From Sphyrna mokarran (taxonomy: Eukaryota): a DNA stretch of 64,000 bases. This document shows positions 37,932 through 49,746 of the stretch, one piece after another; the first letter of the stretch is position 1, and each line of letters opens with the position of its first letter. The notes under the pieces were generated by a model. The model made no database searches. It saw nothing but the letters and a program-made list of their open reading frames with translations, and was not told the origin of the DNA. A program made the position numbers and the translations under genes. Location: contig JAGIQG010000028.1 in assembly GCA_024679065.1 (NCBI GenBank), positions 10,230,001 to 10,294,000 of the forward strand. Reading direction: 5' to 3'.

Positions 37932-39242
37932 AGGCAGGGTTATTTCCTTTTTGGGATGGTATCAGAGGGTGGTATCCATCTGTCTAAGGTGCTCGTCCCA
38001 GGCTGTCTTATTGGGTTGCCCTGTGATCTAATAAGGTATTGACTACTTCTCCAGCCAGTTTCAGTCATGCGATAACGGTATTGTGTTCTGTTAACCACAT
38101 AATGGGGTGAAATTGATATAATTAGCATATGGGGGAATATTGATATCCTATCAAAATTCTAGGTATGATCATCCTGACTGGCTAATCTTATTTGAAGTAC
38201 CATCCTCAGAGGATCATTTCTGATTTCAAGTTTCTTTGTTCTTTCAATTGTTCTTCTGGGATTAGGGCAATGGTCTGACAACACAAGATGCGCTCATCAA
38301 AACAAAACAAACATTTTTTATGTTTCTATCATAGCCATGTATATTAGCATATAAAAGTGTCCCTTTATTGCCACATATTATTGATGTTTTATGTCACATC
38401 AACTCAGTGACAATTGCCCGTTTAACCATCATATATCAGAATGTTGCAGTTAGTCATTTGGACTTTAATATGCAGATTGTATCTTCAGGTAACAAGTTCA
38501 ACAATGAGTGCCAATCCTAAGATCCAAACCTGAATTTTGTATTTTAAAATAATCAGAAAATTGGAATTGTAATTATTTTATGTACATGTAATATAATTTC
38601 TTATGTGTGTACATGTATTGAAATTTCAAAATTATCTTATTGAGCAAATATTTAAGTTTGATCCAGCAACATTGAAGGAATGGCAATATACTTCCAAGTC
38701 AGACTGGTGAATGGCTTGATGGGAAACTTCCAGGTGGTAGCATTCCCATGTATCTGTCTCCCTTCTCCTTCTAGATGGTAGTAGTTGTGGGTTTAGAAGG
38801 TCCTGTCAGATGAGCCTTGATGATTTCCTGCAATGCATCTTGTACATGGTACACACTGCTATTACTGTGTGTCAGTGGTGGAGGGAATGAATGTTTGTGG
38901 AAAGGATGCCAATCTAGTGGGTTGCTTTGTCTTGGTTAGCTTTAAGCTTCTTGACTCTTGTTGGAATTGCACTCATCCAGGCAAGTGAAATGCATTCGAT
39001 TACACTCCTCACTTGTGCCTTGTAAATTGTAGACAGGATTTGGGCAGTCAGGAGGTGAGTATTCCTAGTCTCTGACCTGCTCTTGTAGCCATGGTATTTA
39101 TATGGCTAGACAGATCAGTTGGCAAAGGACAACCCCCAGGATATTGATAGTGGTAAACTCAGCGATGGTAATATTACCGAATGTCAAGGGGCAATGGTTG
39201 GATTTTTCTTGTTGAAGGTGGTCATTATCAGTCACTGCGTGA

Positions 39243-40905
39243 TAGAACATAGAACATAGAACAATACAGCACAGAACAGGCCCTTCGGCCCTCGATGTTG
39301 TGCCGACCAAAATAAAAAGCAATGCCCCTCCTAACTAAACCATTCCCTTCTCATCCATATACTTATCAACTAACCTCTTAAACGCCACCAAACTTGGCGC
39401 ATCTACAACAGCTGCAGGCAGGGCATTCCACTCCCTAATCACTCTTTGAGTAAAGAACCTACCTCTGATATCCGTCCTATAACTCATACCCCTTAATTTA
39501 AAGTTGTGTCCCCTCGTGCTAGCTTTTTCCATCCTAGGAAAAAGGCTATCACTGTCCACCCTATCCAAACCTCTAATTATCTTATATGTTTCAATAAGAT
39601 CCCCCCTTAGCCGCCTCCTTTCTAACGAAAACAACCTCAAATCCTTCAACCTCTCTTCATAGGACCTGCCCTCCATACCAGGCAACATCCTGGTAAACCT
39701 CCTCTGTACCCTCTCCAATGCCTCCACATCTTTCTTATAATGTGGCGACCAGAACTGCACACAATACTCCAAGTGCGGCCGCACTAGAGTTTTGTACAGC
39801 TGCAACATGATGCTGCGGCTCCTAAATTCAATCCCCCTACCAATAAAAGCTAAGACTCCATAAGCCTTCTTAACAACTTTATCCACTTGACTGCCTACTT
39901 TCAGGGATCTATTGACACATACACCAAGATCCTTCTGTTCCTCAACACTATTAAGAGCCCTACCATTAGCCCTATACTCTACACATTTATTGTTCCTGCC
40001 AAAGTGCATTACCTCACACTTTTCCACATTAAACTCCATTTGCCACCTCTCGGCCCAGCTCTGCAACTTGTCCAAGTCACTCTGTAAACTAAAACACCCC
40101 TCTTCACTATCTACCACACCACCAACTTTAGTATCATCTGCAAATTTACTGATCCATCCCTCAATACCCTCATCCAGATCATTTATAAAAATTACAAACA
40201 GCAGGGGCCCCAAAACAGACCCCTGAGGCACACCACTTGTCACCGAACTCCACGATGAATATCTCCCATCAACCACCACCCTCTGTCTTCTATCTGCCAG
40301 CCAATTCCTAATCCAATTAGCTAAATCACCCTCTATTCCACACATCTGCATTTTCTGTAGAAGTCTTCCATGGGCCACCTTATCAAAAGCCTTACTAAAG
40401 TCCATATATACTACATCAACCGCCTTACCCCCATCCACCTCTCTGGTCACTTTCTCAAAAAACTCAATGAGGTTAGTAAGGCATGACCTACCCTTCACGA
40501 AACCATGCTGACTATCCCCAATCAATTCATTTCTCTCTAAATAACTATAAATCCTATCCCTAATAATTCTCTCCAATACCTTGCCCACAACAGAAGTAAG
40601 ACTCACTGGCCTATAATTCCCTGGAAGGTCTCTCTTCCCCTTCTTAAACAATGGGACCACATTCGCTATCCTCCAGTCCTCCGGAACCACACCCGTAACC
40701 AACGAGGACCTGAAGATCAGAGCCAGAGGCTCTGCAATCTCCTCTCTTGCCTCCCAGAGAATCCTAGGGTAAATCCCGTCCGGCCCAGGGGACTTATCCA
40801 ACTTCAAACCCTCGAGAATTTCTAACACATCCTCCCTATCTACTACAATACTCCCCAATTTGCAACCCTGTACCTCAGTGCTCTCCACAGCTACATTTCC
40901 AGCAC
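39243..40905 (-). mobile_element. Young 5'-truncated CR1 (HER1-like) LINE
   Basis: Uninterrupted ORF2 3' half, 3' stem-loop GGGCCGAAGGGCC and (GTTCTAT)n tail at 39243-39263. Confidence 0.96.
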
Positions 40906-40912
40906 TTGTCAC
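39335..40912 (-). CDS. CR1 ORF2 reverse transcriptase (partial; endonuclease domain and true start absent)
   Basis: 525-codon open frame with KSPGPDG, NYRPVSLTS, YMDFSKAFDKV, GVPQGSVLGPLLF, KFADDTK and RPHLEYCVQFWSP. The called start is a non-ATG codon in flanking DNA. Confidence 0.93.
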   Translation of the reverse strand: MTSAGNVAVESTEVQGCKLGSIVVDREDVLEILEGLKLDKSPGPDGIYPRILWEAREEIAEPLALIFRSSLVTGVVPEDWRIANVVPLFKKGKRDLPGNYRPVSLTSVVGKVLERIIRDRIYSYLERNELIGDSQHGFVKGRSCLTNLIEFFEKVTREVDGGKAVDVVYMDFSKAFDKVAHGRLLQKMQMCGIEGDLANWIRNWLADRRQRVVVDGRYSSWSSVTSGVPQGSVLGPLLFVIFINDLDEGIEGWISKFADDTKVGGVVDSEEGCFSLQSDLDKLQSWAERWQMEFNVEKCEVMHFGRNNKCVEYRANGRALNSVEEQKDLGVCVNRSLKVGSQVDKVVKKAYGVLAFIGRGIEFRSRSIMLQLYKTLVRPHLEYCVQFWSPHYKKDVEALERVQRRFTRMLPGMEGRSYEERLKDLRLFSLERRRLRGDLIETYKIIRGLDRVDSDSLFPRMEKASTRGHNFKLRGMSYRTDIRGRFFTQRVIREWNALPAAVVDAPSLVAFKRLVDKYMDEKGMV

Positions 40913-41446
40913 TTGTCAATCCAAACTTGGATATTGTCCAGGTCTTGTTGCATTTGGACTGGACAGTATCTGAGGAACTGTGAATGGTGATGAACATTCC
41001 CACTTCTGATCTTATGATGGAAGGAAGATCATTGAAGAAGAAGTCAAAGATGGTTGGGCCTAGGACACTACATTGAGGAGTAATGTCCTGTAACTGAGAT
41101 GACAATCCAAAGATCACCAACATCTTCCTTTGTGCTTGATGTTATTCGAACCAATGGAGAATTTTCCCCCATTTCCCACTAACTCTAATTTTACTAGGGT
41201 TTCTTGATGCCATGCTTGGTCAAATATCAATAGCAGATTGTCTTTCTTTAAACGGCTAGTCCGGTTCAGTTTGTGGTCAGTGATGATCCTCATGATGTTG
41301 ATAGTGGGGAATTCAGTGATGGTAATGCTATTGAATGTCAAGTAGTGATGTTAGAATTTCTCTTAGAAACTGGTAGGAATTCTCAGCATTTCCCTTGTGC
41401 ATAACAGTTTCTTGCATTCTTCTCTGTTACCTTGTATTGTGAGCCA

Positions 41447-41790
41447 GAATATAGAACTGTACAGTGCAGAAAGAGGCCCTTTGGCCCATCGATTCTGCAC
41501 CAAACACAATCCCATCTAGGCCCTACCCCCATATCTTTACATATTTTACCCACTAATCTCTCTAACTTATGCATCCCAGGACACTAAGGGACAATTTTTT
41601 AGTATGGCCAATCAACCAAACACGCACATCTTTGGACTGTGGGAGGAAAGTGGAGTACCTGGAAGAAACCCACACAGACACAAGGAGAAGGTGCAAACTC
41701 CACACAGACAGTGACCTGAGCTGGGAATTGAACTTAGGTCCCTGGAGCTGTGAAGCAGCAGTGCTAACCATTGTGCCACCATGCTGCCCC
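41447..41790 (-). mobile_element. HE1 SINE, near full length
   Basis: Tail TACAGTGCAGAAAGAGGCCCTTTGGCCCATCG; head reverse complement GCAGCAGTGCTAACCATTGTGCCACCATGCTGCCCC. Confidence 0.92.
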
Positions 41791-42044
41791 ATAAACTATC
41801 TGAGGCCTTATTGTCCTTGATGTTTTAGCATAAGTCCTGACAAAAGCAGGTCTGGCGCTCCACAAGAATGTCATGTAGCCATGTTCATTGTAATCCACTT
41901 TTAGAAACATGGGCAATTTGCAACTGCAAATGGCAGATGCCCTGTGACAGCCATCTTTGTTTTTAGCAGTGGAAATTAAAAGTTTCAGTGAATCCAGCAG
42001 ATGCAATTAAAAGTTTAACATTTGGCATAAATGTACCACTGGAA

Positions 42045-42340
42045 TAGATGGATGAGAATTTCAGCAGAAGATGACCTGAGATAGGCAGAGAGTCAAAAAA
42101 ATATTATGAAGATGAAAATAAGTGGCCTTTGTGATGACCTAGCTATGTGGTTGAAAACTCATTTCTGGGTCAAGTATGTTGCCAGGATTGTGAATGGTCC
42201 AGTTCAGTTTCAGACAGTTGCCAGGAATGGGTTTGATTTGGTAACCAGGGAGTGGAGTTTATAGTCAAGACTGAAGACAATGGCTTCAGTTTTCCCAGCA
42301 TTTAACAAACTGAAGAAAATTTCTGCTCATCCAGTGGATT
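42045..42340 (-). mobile_element. Old L2 LINE fragment
   Basis: Minus-strand remnant WMSRNFLQ..NAGKTEAIVF, a typical L2 post-RT motif. Confidence 0.7.
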
Positions 42341-42805
42341 CAGATAAAAAATAATGGTGACTGAAATCGTACCCAAGAAAAGTCACCTTCCTCACAAGCA
42401 GCGGGCTTAAACAAAGGCTGCATGTTTCTGTTTAGTAGTTTAAATATTTAAGTTGCATTGCTTACAACATACCATAAAGTGCATTTTCCTCTTGTAATGT
42501 GACCTTTTCTTATGTGTGTTATTTGCAATGCACATTAGGCAAAAAAAGGCATAGATTGCAAGAAATGACACTGGGCCAGTAACAATAAAATATTTTAAGA
42601 CATAGTCATAAGCCTTTCTTTCTCGACCAGATTTGTCAAAGTGTTGCAAATTGACAGATTACAAATGCTGCAATGTACAAACACTGTTGAACTTTATAAA
42701 ATAAGACCTTTTCTACAAATGCTGTGCTGAATTCTAGTTCCATGTGGAAGACAAAAGATCCTCAGTGGGAAATAACAAAACTCTCTAGAAGCTTGTGGCA
42801 TCACT

Positions 42806-42885
42806 GATTTGATTTTATGATTGTCACATGTATTAGTATACAGTGAAAAGTATTGTTTCTTGCCTGCTATACAGATAGAGTACAC
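42806..42885 (-). repeat. Probable short LINE 3'-end fragment
   Basis: ATTGTCACATGTATTAGTATACAGTGAAAAGTATTGTTTCTTG resembles a recalled shark retroposon tail; family not established. Confidence 0.3.
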
Positions 42886-43427
42886 TACGAATCCATAATA
42901 AATAATTTGAATAAAAACAGAAATAGTATGAACTTTGTTTTTAAAAAGTGTGTGGATAGACATCTTATTCCTAGATCTATGATCCAAAGATTGGGTATTT
43001 TGTAGTGAAACTTGTATACACCCCTAGTCTTTGACTATGCAGGACGCATAATATTACCCTTTTGTGACCACTGCCCCTGTTGATCTTCGCCTTCCACCAG
43101 TTGTCATAAAAATCTGGTGCTGTAGATGTTGTCGATCTGCAGACTCTGGAATTGAACTTCATTCCTCTACCTTTTGGCAATCCAATGTGCTACTGAGATT
43201 TGAACATCTGAAGATAATGAGCAGAGAGTCTAGAGTCTACAGATTGGTAGTCAATTACATTTCTTACCAAGAGAAGTTGGACCAATACTTTTATTAAATA
43301 CAATTTACATTTTTTAGCTTAAGCCTTTGTGTGATATCTTATGCTAATCTCCCTCCCTCAGGTAAAAGTAAAAATAGTCAGATTTTATTTTTCTCTTAAC
43401 TCTTCAAATTGTTACACTGGTCACATT

Positions 43428-43783
43428 TTTCAAATTCATTTATGGGCTGTGTGCATCACTGGCTGGATCAGCATTTATTGCCCATCCCTAACTGCCTTCC
43501 ATTTCAAAGGGCAGCTTAAGAATCAACCACATTGTTGGGGAGTCACGTGGGCTCACCAGGTAAGGATAAGATTTCCTTCCATAAAGGGCATTAGTGAACC
43601 AGATATGTTTTTGCTATAATCAACAATAGTTTCATGGTCATCAATAGATTTTTAATTCCACATTTTATTGAATTCAAAAATCACCATCTGCCTGGTTGTG
43701 ATTCGAACTTGATTCCCCAGCGTGTTATCCTATGTCTCTGGATCACTAGTCCAGTAACAATACCACTATGTCACCATTTCCCC
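43428..43783 (-). mobile_element. tRNA-derived SINE sharing its tail with the second CR1-superfamily LINE
   Basis: Minus-strand head GGGGAAATGGTGACATAGTGGTATTGTTACTGGACTAGT and B box GTTCGAATC; tail CAGCATTTATTGCCCATCCC matches the LINE end at 13240-13260. Confidence 0.8.
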
Positions 43784-46149
43784 TTAATTCAACTCATCAA
43801 GTAAACAAAGGTGGCTAAATATGACTGCCTATTTCAATCTTTTTACCACTGAGTGTTTTCTGTTTTCACATTGATGCTTTTTATTTTGCCTGCAAGACAG
43901 AAACATAGTTTGCCCCATGACATAGAGTAATTCAGAAGAAAGAAAGATTTCAAATGTGCCAAGCTGTATGCTAGCCTGTTTTTCAATTCACGTAGTATTG
44001 TATTGCATTATTAACTGGCTGTTTATTTTCAATGACATAATGCAATTGACGTTTTAGATATGCACATGTGATCTTACCTCAATACCTTATTATCAGGAAG
44101 ATGTATAAAATGTAATTTTCCCTTTTCTATCAATGGATAAACTGCTCCCTAGCATGTACTCACTTAGCTATACATGTCAAGTTCTTAATATGAACCATTG
44201 AAGTTAGTATCTTGGGGAGAGAGAGAAACAGAATTAACACTAAAAGCCAATGACCTTTAAACTTTTTTTCAGTTTTTTTCTTTGGACATGCCTCCCAAAG
44301 CAGCCAATCCCACTGAACTTCATTGGAAATTTGTCAGGCTGTACAGACCAAGAACATTCTAGACAGTTTCCACTGTGTTTCGTTGATCTCATCTTGGACA
44401 AGTGGCATGATGGTAGAGTGGGGATTCCAAAAATAAGCCTTGTTGCACCTGAAAAAGGTGGGGAAAAAATAAAGCAGGGCTTCTGTTTCTTTCTGCTACC
44501 CAGTGCCCCCTTCTGGAAAATTGTATCAATGGATGTTGAGCAAGGCCGGGTTCAGTTTGGTTGTAATGCCTGTCCATTATGGGTTGAGCAGCCTGCCACA
44601 TTGTGCCAATGTTCACACATGCATAAAGGTCACTGTTACAGAAGATGACTGGCACCTTAGTTGTGTGTCAGCAAGGACATGCTCAAAACAGAAGGGAAAA
44701 AATTCTCAAACTCCCATTATTCTTTGTAATCCCCTTAATCTATTGAGTAATCTTGCAGAGATGGAATAAAAACAAGTTTGTTAATTACCTGCTGTCAATT
44801 ATGGGAAATGCATGTGGCACATGAGACTCTTTACATCATTAGGTGGCAAGTTAAAATTCTGTTGATCTACACTTTACTGCTGAATAAAAACATACCAAAA
44901 ACTGAAAACAACGCATTTTGCGTATTAATCACCATAAAAATTGCATCTGTGCTAATGTGAAAATAAATTATTCATAAATTATAATCACTGTAAAGACTTT
45001 CACCTGTCATAATTGTGCAAATAAATAGAATTTCAAAAATATAAAATACTGGCAGTTGTACAGTAATAAAATAGTTGATAAAGGCACATGTCGGAAATTG
45101 CTTTGGTGTGGCATATATTGAACTTTGTTAACTACTGTGTGCTTAGTCTCTCAGCTTCTTTTGTACTCAACTGAACCTTTTGCTAGCGAGATAAGAACCA
45201 GTTTATTTCAAGGAGACACACCTTTGTTTTATCAGTATGCTAATTTTTCTGCCTGTTTAGTCAGAGTGTTCTGTTAGATCAACTTGACTTTCAAATAGAA
45301 GCTCCATCATGGTTCCTCAGTTATAAAGCATTGTTAAAGTGGGTTAAGTAAAGTCTGGTGTCAGGTAAAGTCTGAAGATACTCCAGCAACCATTTTGCAG
45401 CAGAGCGCGCAAAGTGGCAAAATCCTAATCTGTAAATAAATGCAGTTCTGAACGTAACATTTGTGATGTAATAAAGTTAACTCCCTTAAATAAAAGATCA
45501 AATTTCCTAGTGTTTCATTTGAACTGTCTGAATTCATCATTTTAAAATATTATAGAAAGCACAAAATTATAGTGTCTATAGAGAATTTGCAAACTTCTTC
45601 ACAATCTTAAATAATAGGTTTTTGGAAAGAAGTCTATTACTCTTCAGCGGGTAGAATGCAAAGAGCTGGAAATTCATTAATTTATAAATTCAGTGACCAA
45701 ATGTATTTTTATTGTAATAAACTCTTGGTCATTTCCATACTTTTAAATTATTTTTAAATACGAGGTATTAAATGCCATCATATAAATCAAATTAAAAACT
45801 CACTTACTGTTAACCAACATAAACATTATGAAAATAAGTTCTTAACATTCAGTATTTGATGTATCACACATGCTATCAATGCCATCCTAAGACACTCTGG
45901 ACCTATTCTAACTGCATCAGTTAAGGATGTTTTATGACTTACGACCTTGAACTTTAAAATTTATTTTTAAAAACCCATTTCTTTCTGTTTTTTTGGGTCT
46001 TTTAGTACTTAAGTGAGAACCTTAATGGTACAACTTTTTAAAGAACTAAAAATATTGTATTGAATTTTAACATTCATGGTACTAAATACTTTGTAAGTTT
46101 CCCCTGCCTGTTTTCTTGTTTTTCTGGCAACATAAGCAAAGAGTCTGGA

Positions 46150-46400
46150 GTTCCTAAAATTGAGAACCACTCTCACGAAATCGTGTGAGCATCACGCAAA
46201 TGAGATTCTTTTTTGACCTATCATTGTGCTGCGAGACACACCTGTCAACGGCCAAAGGCAAAGCAGATTGGTCTGAAGTAAAGAATGCACCTGCGCAGGG
46301 GAGGGGTGGGAGCTGCATGTAAGTAGAAACTCTCTCGACGTCCTCTGTCTCTTTGCTTCTTCAACTCATTCGAGCAACATCACTTCAATTGCCTCCGCGT
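46150..46400 (+). promoter_or_regulatory. Candidate Pol II promoter (small CpG-rich patch)
   Basis: About 11 CpGs in about 230 bp of non-repeat DNA; inverted CCAAT (GATTGG, about 46265-46270), TGCGCA, and GC-box-like GGGGAGGGGTGGG (about 46298-46310). Confidence 0.5.
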
Positions 46401-46587
46401 TTCTGTACATGAGGTTGGAGAACAGAGAGTAGCTTTTGTTAAATTTTATTTTTGAATAGTTTTTGAAGTAGAGACATCATGGTTTCTTTTTTATGAGTAT
46501 TAAGTTGCAGAGAATTTACCTGCGAAGTTCTTCCTAATCAACAAGTGGAGCCATCAGACAACAAAGAGAATCCATCCTTGATGCAAC

Positions 46588-46715
46588 ATGAAAGCCATGA
46601 CTTGTGAAAGTTTTCAAATTTTGAAGCATTTGTGGAGTGAAAGGTTAAAAGTGCTTGCAGGCACAGAATTAAAGCACTCTGTTTGTTTCATCGTCTTGCT
46701 GACCTTGGTGTGCAG
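46588..46715 (+). CDS. Candidate first coding exon, MKAMTCESFQILKHLWSERLKVLAGTELKHSVCFIVLLTLVC (unidentified)
   Basis: ATGs in good context (aacATG, gccATG) downstream of the promoter-like patch, a hydrophobic C-terminal stretch and donor CAG|GTATAT. No homolog recognised. Confidence 0.3.
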
Positions 46716-49608
46716 GTATATTGGTTAAACTAGAAGGGGAATTGTGAAGCAGAAATAATACTGATAGAATAAATAGCTTCTAATTCTTATTTTGGTGAAC
46801 TGTTCGGTATTGTTGAGTACCATTTTGTAAGTAAGGAAATAATGTAAGTGGTGTCAATCTCTTGTCAGAATCGGTTAGATGGAATTGGCTGACATGAGAA
46901 TTGAAACGTGTCTCTTTCAACCAGTTTAACCAGTTGGGGCAGGTAAAAGCATTTGCAGGTAGCGTGGACAAACCCAAGGATGGAGAGCTGTAAGGTAAAG
47001 ACTCGTTTATCTAGCCTTTGAAGTCAGCAGCTTCGGGAATGGCTGCTTTGTAGATGTTGCATATACTTAAAATGCTCTCCAAAGAAGAATGGACGACTTT
47101 TTATCCACTCATTGATTTTACAATGAGTGTAAAAACATTGTAAAATGTATACAAGAAAAGGAAGACTACATTACTGAACGTGTGGCTTAGCATATAAAAA
47201 GCTGGATTAAGTGGATCTTTTATTAAATTGAAACTTTTGCCTAATTTTCAATCATAACTTTTGGAGCACCATAGTTTTTTTGGCAGAAATATTTAATATT
47301 TAGCAATTTACCCCCAAGTTAAAAACATATTTTCAAGTCTAGTCTGTTTTCGTCCTGTACGATTCATTTTCTGGAGTGTCTTGATTGAGGCCCTTTTCAA
47401 AGCTTGGCTTGTTCTTACTTGTTCTTTAGTATGAGATATATTTTTAAAGTCTTCAGACAAAAGGGTACTACCTTTCTGTAAGCTAGTACCTTAACTAGAC
47501 ACAATATGGAGCTCAAACGTGCAATTTCTTTGTTCAATTTCAAGATTGGAAGAGCATTTTTGTTTTCCCGATACAAGCGTTCTCTTGATTTCTTTACCTA
47601 GCCATCTCAAACTGCTGAACTAAGATGACTTTACTTAATGGGACTTAATTGTGAATATAGAGTGTATTATCACAGTCCTAGCTATATAAATTTTTTAAAA
47701 ATTCTAAATTCTTTGATCTGTTTGTGGATAAGTAAGGAACTTTTATCTCCGTTTTACGTCAGTGAAAATTTTAATAGTGTTCCAGACAAGGTAGAGAAGC
47801 TTGTGCCTTGATCTCCGATAGAAATGGTTTAAAAAAGTATATGTAGAAAGAGTTGATGTTTTATTTTAATATGATCAAATGTTTTTATGCAATATTGAAT
47901 GATCACTAATTTGATCTGTTGTTAAAGTTAATTTACATTTCTATTTCCACATCAGCTATTCGTAAAATTTAGTTCCAAGCGCAATTAACTGATAATTCAA
48001 AGTTTTTTTTAAACAATGAAAGAATTAATTACCCAGCTATTTGAATTAAGCAATGTAAATACTAGTAAATTAAGCATTTGGTGCTGAAAATTGAATCATC
48101 AGATTGTTTAAACTAAATGATTTTAGACTTCTAAGTCTTCTAAAACTCTAAGCAAGTTATGGTGCTGTTGAAGTTCAATAGTAAAAAGTATTTTGGTTAG
48201 GCATGTAATTTAAAATAAATGAATCGATTGTGGACACTTTAATCTTGATGCTTTTATATCAGTGCTCGCTATGTTGTAAATCAATAAAATAGCTTAGCAT
48301 GGTCTAAAGAATGGGTCCTTTTGTTCTAAGGTTAAATGAATATGTGCAGACCTAGTCCAATGTTGTCCTCACTCGGCACTAAATGTATAATTAGCGTAAG
48401 AAACAGATTATCTATATTTTAGGAAGCTACAATTTGGCTACCATCCATCCTCCCCAAAAGATTAGGGGGTGCTGCCCATCTGCACCTGCTGAAGATAAAA
48501 CAACTATATGGTTATTTACCTAAAGTGAGGTTAAAGAAACAGTGAAATCTAAAATGGAGAAAGATAGTGACTAAAGTAAAAATAAAATTGATGCGTTGGT
48601 GTTAAGGCAGAAGAAACCATTTTGTGTGGAGTTTTTTTTTGCATATCTATGCTGTATATGTATATATTATATAATAGATAGACCAGTAATATAGTCTCTT
48701 GGATTTTTAGCCTCTGTTCTGTTTTGCATGTTTCAAGTTAAACAATATTCTTTTTCATTAGTTTCTATCATACTGGTCTCCAGGATTCAATAATGGCACC
48801 AAGTAGCACTAGAGTAGAATTACAGGTGAGATTCCAGTTGAAAAGTTTAAATACATTGCTCAGAAAAAGTTTGATTAGTGTTATTGTTTAATTAAAAATT
48901 ACTCAATGTTTCCACAAAAACATTTTTCTTAATTTTTCATAGATTTTTGTGGATACCCAAGTGTTTCTGGACCTCAGTAATGCAGCATAGTAAATTCATA
49001 TTTGCGTAAAGTCATTTGAATGACTTCCTTAGTTTGCACATTAGGTATTGGTAGACATGTAAATTCTTTCCCTGTAATTTTTATATTGTTTATTAATATG
49101 TGTGGTATAGAAGTAGCTCAATGTCTGCATGCCCAAAGTAGCAGTGCAACTTATTCAGTTGGGACAAAAAGAAAACAGATCTTTTTTTGTCCCCATGGAC
49201 TCCAGGTAACACTCTGGAGATCGAGCATTAGATAAGGTGTAGTGTTTCATCTGCCTTGTCCGTTGCACAATCGCTAACCATTGATTAAGGTTCAGTCACA
49301 GTTAACTAACAGGTCCGTCTCTTCAAATCAAAATTGCATTCCACGGTGAAGCTGGAGATCTTTGCTCATGGTAGTAGGATCATTTAAAACCTAGAATTTA
49401 GAACTACCTAGACATTCTTGAATTTATTTGAACCTTGTCCAGGCGTTGGCAGAAAGGGGTGGGGAAAGCAAAGGTAATACCAGTGGCTAATTGCTAGTAT
49501 TAAACAGAGGAGGAGTTGGAATATACTTCTTGTTTTCTACATGTCTTATTCATTGTTTCCTTTCTTTCCAAGGCCTGCACATTGGTAATAATGCTGATGA
49601 TTAACTAA

Positions 49609-49746
49609 ATGAAGGCTGTAGCCAGGCAACCATTAGGTGGGTTTTATATTTCAAGGGTTCAAAATGACCAGAGAAGCCACATTATTCACGAGTCGGGGAA
49701 ATTGAGGTTTTTTTTCTTAGCACTCTTTGTATTGCCTTTCGCGACG
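49609..49746 (+). CDS. Candidate alternative first exon, MKAVARQ...KLRFFFLALFVLPFAT (unidentified)
   Basis: 46 open codons ending at donor ACG|GTAAGA (phase 0), local CpG retention and a hydrophobic C-terminus. Confidence 0.22.

Larger units (their letters stand above)
38655..41365 (-). mobile_element. Old CR1-superfamily LINE (second family) hosting the young CR1 insertion
   Basis: Remnant peptides PLTFGNITIAEFTTINILGV (39.1-39.2 kb) and GPTIFDFFFNDLPSIIRSEVGMF (41.0 kb) lie on either side of 39243-40905; a further similar piece TFNSITITEFPTINI lies at 41.3 kb. Confidence 0.75.

Noticed and set aside
39335-40912. Domesticated RT gene or retron/DGR-like system
   Set aside because: It has a standard CR1 3' UTR and tail, is 5'-truncated, has no ATG or promoter, and sister fragments occur in the same window.
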